Positions 34,901 to 44,700 of a stretch of 64,000 bases of DNA are shown here, one piece after another. The notes under the pieces were generated by a model, which was not told the origin of the DNA, made no database searches, and worked only from the letters and a program-made list of their open reading frames with translations. How positions within the stretch are numbered: position 1 is the first letter of the stretch; each line of letters begins with the position of its first letter. A program made the position numbers and the translations under genes. Source of the DNA: Octopus sinensis (lineage: Eukaryota); the NCBI RefSeq assembly GCF_006345805.1, contig NC_043000.1, forward strand, positions 22,940,001 through 23,004,000. Reading direction: 5' to 3'.

Positions 34901-37663
34901 GAAGTAACTAATAAAAGAAGGCCTGAAGCCAACACCCACACCAGCTTGAATTCAATATCTTCGAAAAATAATTCACTATGTCACTGGATAAGCCAAATAA
35001 ATTTTTTAAAAATGCTGTAACTAGAAAAATGAATTTCTCAGTGAGCAACAACTGCAAAATATTAAAGTCACCTTCAATCTTGTGGATGGGATTCATGCAC
35101 TCTAACCGTTTACATGGGGATTTCTTTATATTTCCCTATGTCAGAAATGTGTGCAATAGTAATATAGCTGTTCTATTTTGGTCACTGGTGTAGACCAAGA
35201 GGGTTAATGGCTATGACATAGTTTTTCTATTATCTGTGAATGTTTCAATGGCAAGCTGGCAGAAACGTTGGCACGTCGGGCGAAATGTGTAGCTGTATTT
35301 CGTCTGTCGATACGTTCCGGGGTCAACTTTGCCTTTCATCCTTTCGGGGTCGATGTAGTAGACTTAGTCCCTTTGTTTGTCCCCTCTGTGTTTAGCTCCT
35401 TGTGGGCAATAAAGAAATATATATGTGTGTGTGTGTGTGTTTTTAGTTGGTTTGTGCTCTGGAGAAATATCAGTGACTTTGCAGTTTTGTGCACTATTCA
35501 ATATTTGTTTTCGATAAATTTTGTACTTATCCATATCTTGATCAGAGTGTGAAGAGTGAAAAATGGCTATAAGTTTTGGCTTGTCTACCTAGGAGCAGGG
35601 TAGGATTGTACCATCCTGGTCTAAGGATCTAGTCAGTTAATTTACCCTTTGCCTAGCCTATTTCCTTTAATAACACATTGCTTTTCTTCATAGCTATTCT
35701 GAAGTTTGTCTTGAATGTAATGCAAATATTTTCTTTGCTAATTGTTTCTGTCCTGATGGTGTTCGAGAATTGTTTTCAATTGGTCAGTGAACACCAGTCC
35801 ATTTTGTGTGTACCTTACATACAAGCTCTTTCTTCCTTGTGTTTGATACTGTTGTTATGGCTTAAATATTCCTCAACTCCGTCTTTTCCTGGTCATTTTA
35901 AGTAGTATTTCTTGATAGCAACTTGGTTGGTGCTCTCTCTTTCTGTAGTAAATATTTTCTATTTAAAGTTACCTGAATAACTTTGCATCAAAATTCAAAC
36001 AAGGGCAGTGCAGTTCAACAGAAATATAGTTACAGCTTGATATTCAGTTAATTACCTCTTAGTTATATCTGTTAAGAAACAGCTGTAGTGAAGAGTAGTT
36101 GCTGTTGTAGTATTCTTTAGTATAATAAGCATGTTTTCTGTGCTGGTATGTTGAAAGTGGTTTGGTCTTTCTTGCTTTTCAAAGGTGACTTCAATATTTT
36201 GCAGTTGTTGCTCACTTAGGAATTCATTTTTCTAGTTACAGCAATTTTTAATTTATTTAGCTTATCCAATGACTAATGAGGTTGAAGATAGCGAATTATT
36301 TTTCGAAGATATTGAATTCAAGCTGGTGTGGGTGTTGGCTTCAGGCCTTCCTTTATTAGTTACTTCTAAACTTTCTGGAATGTGTATTCTACAATAAATT
36401 TAATATTGACTACCTTTGTACATATATTTACATACATATACACACACACACACGCCTGTTATGACCCCATTTTGAAGAATTGTTTTAGTGTTAGTTTTTG
36501 CAAATGTTTCAACAGGATAATTCTTGCTATTAGTGTTGTCTCTGTCCTGTCACTAAATTTGTGAATTACTGCATGAAAGTTTTTCTCCAGCATTGCAAGT
36601 ACTTTGGTTGATGTTCTTTTTTTTTTAATTTAGGATCTTGTGGATGGGATTCATGCACTCTAACCGTTTACATGGGGATTTCTTTATATTTCCTTGTGTC
36701 AGAAATGTGTGCAATAGTAATATAGCTGTTCTATTTTGGTCACTGGTGTAGACCAAGAGGGTTAATGGCTATGACATTGTTTTTCTATTATCTGTGAATG
36801 TCTCAACTGGAGGTGCGGCACCTTCCAGTGACTGGTTACTTGTGTTTCATTCAGTTTATCACTATGCTTCTGTTCCTTACTCTGGGGTCTAGTCACCACC
36901 ATTTTTGCTTCTATAACAAAACACCTGACATAAGACTACCTTTCTTCCTCTCAAACACTTTCCTGTTCAGTTGAGGAAATTTTTTGTCGTGCATGTTAGT
37001 GACCTTGCCAGTGTCACAAAACGAAAAAGAGCACAGCATGGTTGGCAATGTGAAAGACATCCAGCCATAAAATCCATCCTAGCTTGCAAAGTGGATATCA
37101 AAAAGCTGATTTTCTGAAACAGTTGTAGAATTCATGATACTTAGTCTGAAAAGTGTTAAATGCATTGATTTCCCAATGTTAGTCAAACAAAGAGGGATTT
37201 TGGTTGATCTGTTTTGAAGATTACAGCTCGTATATTTCTTCTATTTATTGAAATTAAATCATGATTTATTTCTGCCTTTAGACCGTGATATGGGAGCTAG
37301 GCATCGTGCCAGGCCTTCAGCTATCCAAATCATTAGAGTGGAAACTGTGCCAGCCAAGAAATGCAGAAGAGCTTACATTAAGCAGTTCCATGTAAGTGAA
37401 ATTCGATTATTTATTTTGGTGGTGGGATGCATTCTAATCATTTGTTGGATGTGATATTTCTGTCTCAGAAGTGTGTGTGTGTAATCTACTTCAGCCTTTT
37501 GTGAGGATCTAGAGAATGAATAAATGGTTGTGGCAGCGCTTGACTTTTATGTTTGTCTTTTCTTTTGCAGAATGCCAAAATCCGCTTCCCATTGCCTCAT
37601 CGCGTGGAAAGGAACTTACAAAATCCTAAATTCACTACTAGGAGACCATACACCAATTTCTAA
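31778..37663 (+). CDS. RPL18A: 60S ribosomal protein L18a (eL20), complete, 5 coding exons, 176 aa
   Basis: Exons 31778-31795, 32380-32559, 34734-34863, 37282-37391, 37571-37663 = 531 nt. Peptide [15 protein letters not shown]...AKSRFWYF...[24 protein letters not shown]...[11 protein letters not shown]...[15 protein letters not shown]...RPYTNF*. Confidence 0.98.
32167..32298 (+). ncRNA. Box H/ACA snoRNA candidate, family 1 copy A (RPL18A intron 1)
   Basis: Hairpin GCAC...GTGC, H box ACAATA (32227-32232), hairpin TCAACCTGGT...ATTAGGTTGA, ACA (32293-32295) + 3 nt. About 132 nt, ending ~80 nt upstream of the 3' splice site. Confidence 0.8.
32380..32559 (+). CDS. RPL18A: RPL18A coding exon 2
   Basis: [15 protein letters not shown]...[12 protein letters not shown]; 180 nt. 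Confidence 0.97.
33338..33468 (+). ncRNA. Box H/ACA snoRNA candidate, family 1 copy B (RPL18A intron 2)
   Basis: Near-identical to 32167-32298; H box 33398-33403, ACA 33463-33465. Confidence 0.75.
34734..34863 (+). CDS. RPL18A: RPL18A coding exon 3
   Basis: [43 protein letters not shown]; 130 nt. Confidence 0.97.
34885..36381. repeat. Inverted repeat pair in RPL18A intron 3 (34885-35075 vs 36182-36381)
   Basis: ATTCCAGAAAGTTTAGAAGTAACTAATAAA...AAGTCACCTT is the reverse complement of AAGGTGACTT...TTTATTAGTTACTTCTAAACTTTCTGGAAT, with scattered mismatches and one ~13-nt indel. Confidence 0.9.
35095..35221 (+). ncRNA. Box H/ACA snoRNA candidate, family 2 copy A (RPL18A intron 3)
   Basis: Hairpin TGCAC..ACATGGGGA/TCCCTATGT..GTGCA, H box ATAGTA (35156-35161), hairpin ATAGCTGT..TTTTGGTC/GACCAAGA..ATGGCTAT, ACA (35216-35218). 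Confidence 0.8.
36653..36779 (+). ncRNA. Box H/ACA snoRNA candidate, family 2 copy B (RPL18A intron 3)
   Basis: Near-identical to 35095-35221; H box 36714-36719, ACA 36774-36776; both stem substitutions give G-U pairs. Confidence 0.8.
37282..37391 (+). CDS. RPL18A: RPL18A coding exon 4
   Basis: (Y)[36 protein letters not shown]; 110 nt. Confidence 0.97.
37571..37663 (+). CDS. RPL18A: RPL18A coding exon 5
   Basis: [30 protein letters not shown]; AATAAA 30 nt downstream. Confidence 0.96.
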   Translation, partial: NAKIRFPLPHRVERNLQNPKFTTRRPYTNF

Positions 37664-37692
37664 TCTGTTCAGAAATTGAGCCGATTGTGTAC

Positions 37693-37698
37693 AATAAA
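37693..37698 (+). promoter_or_regulatory. RPL18A polyadenylation signal
   Basis: AATAAA 30 nt after the stop, followed by a GT/T-rich tract. Confidence 0.75.
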
Positions 37699-38526
37699 CA
37701 AAATTATAAGTGGTTTGCTTGTGTTTGTTTTTAATTATTTGAAGCCCTGCTAGAGGTGACCAAACAAGAGATCTTGTTGCATGCTTCCCACTGTACAGGT
37801 ACACTAGACACTTTTTGCTTGGTAAATATTTCAGTCCCCAACCAACAAACTGGTGTAGTGTCTTTCTCACTGCTACCTAGACTCTTACCTTCACAACTAA
37901 GGCACTCCAGCTCAGTTGTATCTCTGATTTATTGCATGCATTCCCAAATAGTCTGTTCAGTGCTTTCTCCCTAGAACCCATATCTTCTGGGATTCTCATG
38001 CTTTCCTGCTGGTTTTCACCTGTTAACTGAGTAGTAATGGCATCAATCTAATTTGTCCTCAGGAGACCTGCAACAATTGCAGGCTCTGTTCCTCCCAATT
38101 CAGCAAGTATAACTAAAAACATGGTTATTTGTGTAAACTCAATTTGTAAGGGAGGCAATTTTTTACAGATTATTTTTTAATTTCTCTGATTACAAGTTAA
38201 GTTTCGTGGATGTACATTGTTATTCTGCTGATATTTAATAGTCTAGTAGCTTCCATCCATTTGTTGCTATCTGAGCATGGCCCTTGGTTTATTTCTAGGG
38301 GTTATTGTGTGATAGGTTAACCCAGCTGTATTTTTCTACCAAGAAAAAAGAAGCCAAATTATGTCTTAGCTTGCACTTCTTTTTTCTGGTTAAGTTGGAG
38401 AGCATTTGACCTACATTGCAAACCAATGGTGTATAGAATAACAAAAATTTTATAGAAGATAAGCCTTTATTATATATACACATACAGACAACTCTGATTA
38501 ACGATGAATAGAACTTCATGCCATTG

Positions 38527-38627
38527 TTACCAGTTGCGAGTCAAGGGATGTTCAGCAGCATATCCATGTGCACTGATTATTCGGTCTGATATCTGTCTCA
38601 GGTTTTCGTCATAATTCAGAACGCTTC
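38527..38627 (-). CDS. ACAD9: ACAD9 last coding exon
   Basis: [32 protein letters not shown]; minus-strand AATAAA at 38466-38471. Confidence 0.9.
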
Positions 38628-41600
38628 CTATACAAGATAAGAGAAGGTTAAAACCATCAAAATGAATTTATTTTGTTTTTTTCCTTATGGAATTTTTTTG
38701 GGGAAAAATAGTATACTCACCCACACTTAATTCTTGCACTTTGTTAGCGATTCTTTGGCTGGCATGAGCACAGAATGTTTTTGTTATTGTTATCTGCAAT
38801 AAGGAAAATTTCAACAATGATTACCTAAAAAATTGTTGTTTAGCTAATGAAATAAATGTTTTAGGTTCTTCGTCAATATGTTTAGGCAATTTCTGTGTAC
38901 CAACCTAAAATTTTGTTTTATTGTAAGTTATCTCCACAAGGCACAATCCTTATTCTCTAAGCTGGATTAACAGACCACTTGAGATATTTCCCCTGCCCAG
39001 GCAAATTACTAGCTTTTTTTTCCTGACCACTTTGATATCAAGGCAATTTTGGATAAACTACTATGCCAGTGGGTTCCACAGAAGGCAAAAATATTTAAAC
39101 CTACCTCCTTTGCCTGCAGATTTTTCTCTTAAGCTTATAAATTAGTTTTGTGGGATTAATTTGTAATTTCATAGTTACTTACACCCTTCTACATGAGAAC
39201 TGCTAAAAATTTCCACTGGGGGTTATGCTTCTCAGAAAGGAAATTTAAATTGGTTGAGAATTGATTTTTTTTTTTGACTACATCATTCAGTACATAACTT
39301 TAATCAATTACCCCAAATATATATTTAACGCCGACATTACCCCCTTGATTTGAAAGGAAGATAATCAGATTCTTTGAATTCAAAAGGCTTATTGAATCTA
39401 TTTGCATGTCTATTACATTGGACAAATGCAGTATTGCCAGAAGAAAATTTCCTGTTGTAACAAGGAACACGTTTTTATGTAATTTTACTTATGTCTAATG
39501 AGTCCTCATTATCTCCTAAAATATCATTTTTAACCCTGGTTCACCAACACCTGCATTAGACCAACTGAGGAGACCAGAGAATGGTGAGTGACTTCATACC
39601 AATCAGTCAAAGAGCCTTTTTATAGCCTCAACCAATAAATTACTTGTAAGTTTACACAAGCATAAAGTTCACCCACAATTTCATTTAATATCTGAACAGA
39701 CACTGGCTAGTTTTAACTGCATTTAGCTCAGAGCGTACTTTACAGTTCTGATTTCAGAACCCACCAAAACCAGCTTTCATCTTCTAGGAACACAAGGTAG
39801 CATTTCTGTGTTGATAGAGCGGGGATTCATTCAGTTAATTATACCCTTCCTCTATTGCTTAATCCAAGAAAAAGACCGATGTTTTTCATTCAATTTATAT
39901 TGAACTCCTCATTGGATTTTAGAAACCATTTATTTATGCATTAATACCAAAAAAATTCTTTAACCAAGAACACATTAATAATGTGAAAAAAAATATTAGA
40001 AATTTTGTGGCATTAACTAAATTTTTGTCATCTTAAATATTGAAAAAAGAAAAATGTCCTACTATACCTCATGGTCAGCATTACGCAAGCCAATGGAATA
40101 AGAACGAGATGCACGGGCAATACATGATGTCATAGCATACAAATCTATAGCAATGTCTGCAATACGTTGGACATCCAACTGTTGATCAACAATTTTCTGC
40201 AAGAAAATAAAAAAATACAGAACATTTTACATCAGTGTAAAAAAGAAAAATAAACAGTGAGGTTGGTAAACATCCAGCAAGACAAGACACCTGGCATTAT
40301 TACTTATGTTGGGTCTCACAGAGGCAATGACCGAGTCCTCTGGAGATGTGCTGTGACTGCGAAGACCCAACAAATGGAGTGAATTCATGGCTCGCAGGCT
40401 GGCCTGCTGTGCTTAAGGAGACCTATTGAGTCAAGTACATCAACATCAAACTAAAAATCAAATGGAAATTGTAGTTCTGATACCCATGCCGGTAGCACGT
40501 AAAGAGCACCATCCAAACGTGGCCAATACCAGCGCCGCCTTGACTGGCATGTGCTTGTGGCACGTAAAATGCACCAACTGAACATGGCTGTTGCCAGCCT
40601 CCTGTGGCACGTAAAAGGCACCTACTACACTCACAGTGGTTGGCGTTAGGAAGGGCATCCAGCTGTAGAAACACTGCCAGATCAGACTGGAGCAGCTTCC
40701 CAGACCCCGGTTGAACCGTCCAAACCATGCTAGCATGGAAAACGGACGTTAAACGATGATGATCTGTATAGCCCTCATCTAATCTTCTGTTGCTCACTTC
40801 ACAACCTCGCAAATTGATCTGTTGTCTCTATACCCATCACCTGTCCCCATCTTCCTCACTTCCACCCTCTTGTTCCTTGGGAGTTCATCATGACACCCAC
40901 ACCACCATCTCTCCTTTTCCAGCTGTGGTAGCCACATATCTCCTCTACTGCAAGACACCTGTTCCTCTTCTATCATACCCTCCTCAATCAAGGCATTGAG
41001 TTTTGCAAGCTACTTCATGACCACAGGTGACATGAAATATACCCAATACACTCTGTGAAGCAGTTAGCATTAGGAAAGGTATCCGGCCACACACAGCCAA
41101 CTCTGTAAAGTGGTTGGCATTAGGAAAAGCATCAAAATGTAAAGACCATGCCAAAACACTGAAGCTTGGGACAGTCCTCAGGCTTGCCAGCTCCTGTCAA
41201 ACCGTCTCACCTATACCAGTATGGAAGACATATGTCACGTGATGGTGATTAAACCAAACAAAGATAGGTCTGCTGGATCTGAGCTGATTAGGGGCTTAAA
41301 CAACAGTGAAAAGTAGAGCTCAATAAAATAAATTATTAAGTAATATTAATCATAGTAGCAACAACAAACGAATTAATAATGAAATTAATAGAAGAGACTT
41401 ACTTTTCCATGTCTTGCTAAAATAATTTCTACAATTTTTTTGAACTGAGCAGTACATTTCTCCAACATGTCTGCTTCCCTCTGAAATAAACAATTACAGA
41501 ATTATTTGAAAACAAAGATTCATGGTTTTCAAGATAATATATTCTTTTACTCGTTTCAGTCATTTGACTGCAGCCATACTGGAGCACCAACTTTAGTCAA

Positions 41601-41731
41601 ACTAATCGACCCCAGAACTTATTCTTTGTAAGCCTAGTACTTATTCTATCAGTCTCTTTTTCCAAACTGCTAAGTTAAGGGGGCGTAAACACACCAACAT
41701 CGGATGTCAAGTGATAGGGGGGGGGCAAACA

Positions 41732-41772
<41 letters not shown>

Positions 41773-44700
41773 AGAATTCACAAAAAAATACAAAAGACGA
41801 AGACAGGTGGTGTAGACAACAAACAAATGTATTAGTATAATGCTCAAGAAGTAAAAAAGTCTTTAACATTTCGAGCCCACGCTTTTCCACAGAAAGGAAC
41901 AAGGAGAGAAAATAAAGAATGTGTAGTGGCTAGCAATCTATCATGGTGAATATATATATATATATATCAAAATAAGCAACAAGTATATCCGAGGTAATGT
42001 GGTACAATCGTTTCATGCTACTTCATTTTATTAAACACTGTAAGTATTACATCAGTTTTAAAATGTCAAGCAATCTTCAGCCACTTATAGAAATTTTCCA
42101 ATCAAACGAACAATGCACATTCTTATCTCTATTTCATTTGCCAACATTATAAAGAGGTTGAAATTTCAAAGTTGCTATCATGCTTTTTATACGAATATAT
42201 GTGTGTGTTTCTTTTAGTTACCATCAACCAAATACACTCACAAGGCTTTGGTTGCCCCAAGGCTACAGCAGAAGACCTTTGGCTAAGGTCCCATACAGTG
42301 GGACAAAATCCAAGGCTACATGACTGAAGTAAAAATTACAGTTTTATCTTAATTAAAATTCATTTTAAAGAATAAAATGCATATGCTACTTGGAGAATTG
42401 TTAATAGAAAGTTTTAGGTCGGATGAGGTATATATGTATATAAAGCAGAGAACTGATAAATAAAAGATGATAACCTTCAAAGATGGATGTACAGCCTCAG
42501 CAAGTTCATGAGTTATTTTAGGCTCAGTCACTTGGTTCCTCATGTTGGAGTAAATGGTACGGAAAAGAAGACCGGGATTATTCAGAGGGTTTCTTAATTT
42601 CCTGCAATTTAAAACAATCAGTCATTAGAATTATATAATCCAAATAGCACACACATATATAATATTATTTATAGGAAGGGCATCCAGCCGTAGAAACACT
42701 GCCAGATCAGACTGGGCCTGATGCAGCCTTCTGGCTTCACAGACCCCAGTTGAACCGTCCAACCCATGCTAGCATGGAAAGCGGACGCTAAATGATGATA
42801 TAATATATATCATTTTTAATACCAGATATACATCATCATCATTGTTTAACGGTCGCTTTCCTTGCTGGCACCCATATCCCACCCATGTCAGCATGGAAGG
42901 CAGATGTTAAACGACGATGATGTATGTCTGGTATTAAATGATATACAATATATATAAATATATATTTATTTATGTATATTATATATCATTTAACATCCGC
43001 CTTCCTTGCTAATTATGAATAACATGCCCGTTTCTTTAAACCAGATCTAATTAAGTTGCATCTTTCTCTCTCTCCCCCTCTACAATTATATGAACACAAT
43101 TCTTTACTATGAAAAAAAGGCTATCCAGAATGTTGGATACTCCACTCTCCACAACAATTTTACTGTATTGTCATTTTTACCAGATAATGGGCATTAGACT
43201 TATCTGTTCCCATTAAAGCAATTAAATTAATTTCAAGGAGTGGTGTTTGCTCTAATTCTTAACTGAAACAGTTCATAATAGTGCTACAGTGTAGCTTTGC
43301 TCTAAAACCATTACAGCTGACAGCAGAGAAACAGTCATTGTTCACACCTCTATCAGCCAAATAACTCCATGTTATTTAACTTCAGTAAATGGTAAATCTA
43401 AAGTAAGAAACTTGGTTTAGATTTCCAACAGTAAATACAAAGATACTCTCTTTTACTTGTTTCAGTCATTTGACTGCGGCCATGCTGGAGCACCGCCTTT
43501 AGTCGAGCAAATCGACCACGGGACTTATTCTATCGATCTCTTTTGCCGAACTGCTAAGTGACGGGGACGTAAACACACCAGCATCGGTTGTCAAGCAATG
43601 CTAGGGGGACAAACACAAACACATACACATATATATATATATATATACATATATATGACAGGCTTCTTTCAGTTTCCGTCTACCAAATCCACTCACAAGG
43701 CATTGGTCGGCCCGGGGCTATAGCAGAAGACACTTGCCCAAGATGCCACGCAGTGGAACTGAACCCGGAACCATGTGGTTGGTTAGCAAGCTACTTACCA
43801 CACAGCCACTCCTGTGCCTATAGTGTATATAATGTTTTACTTCACCAAGATATTTGATATTAGTTTCAGTATGTTTTCATGATTCTAAATAGTAATATAA
43901 TTGGTGCAGGCTACACAGAATCACATTGCATACTTTATTACCTCTGACTTAGCAAAGGCAGAGGTATTGTTTTCAGTAGTGTTTGCTTGTCCATGAACAA
44001 GATATTTCAAGAACCGCAGCATGGATTCAGATGAAACTTTCAAGGATGTTTGGTCTCATGACTGGCACGGACTGATTAGATTTTGGGATTGATCCGGGAC
44101 CGGACAAAGATTCCGGATTATTTGTTATATTTACTTTACATGAAGTTTTTCTCTGATTATCTCCCTTATATTACATAACACTTTACAGTATACTTCCATA
44201 CATACATAATCTTATACATCGATCTAAACCAACAGGAATACGAAAGGAAGGCAAGAATTTAAGAGAAGAGAAAACCAAAAGGCCTCATGCTATTCATTTA
44301 AAAATTCTTGAGAAGACAGCAATCGAGTTTATTTCAGATATTCTCATTTTAAAAATCATCTCTTATTTCTTTATTGCCTACAAGGGGCTAAACACAGAGG
44401 GGACAAACAAAGTGATTAAGTTGATTATATCGACCCTAGTGCGTAACTGGTACTTGATTTATCGACCCCGAAAGGATGAAAGGCAAAGTCGACCTTGGCA
44501 GAATTTAACAGCAGATGAAATACTGCTAAGCACTTTGCCCAGCGTGCTAACGTTTCTGCCAGCTCGCTTTTAAAAATCATCTCTGGTTAATCATTGAAAG
44601 GATGTTGGTGCTGCCTTGTAATTAGTTCAACATCTCTCATTTGCTAACTCAGTAAATGAATTGAATAGTCTTCACTTTACATTACCACAGAGGGAATAAT

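Noticed and set aside
35095-35221. Identity with vertebrate SNORA68, the usual RPL18A guest
   Set aside because: Only the TGCAC basal stem is reminiscent; the pocket sequences fit a different 28S site better, so no symbol is assigned.
43935-44640. Helitron/Helentron-associated non-autonomous element (similar hints at ~24225 and ~45390)
   Set aside because: Terminal motifs are suggestive, but boundaries and family could not be fixed by eye.
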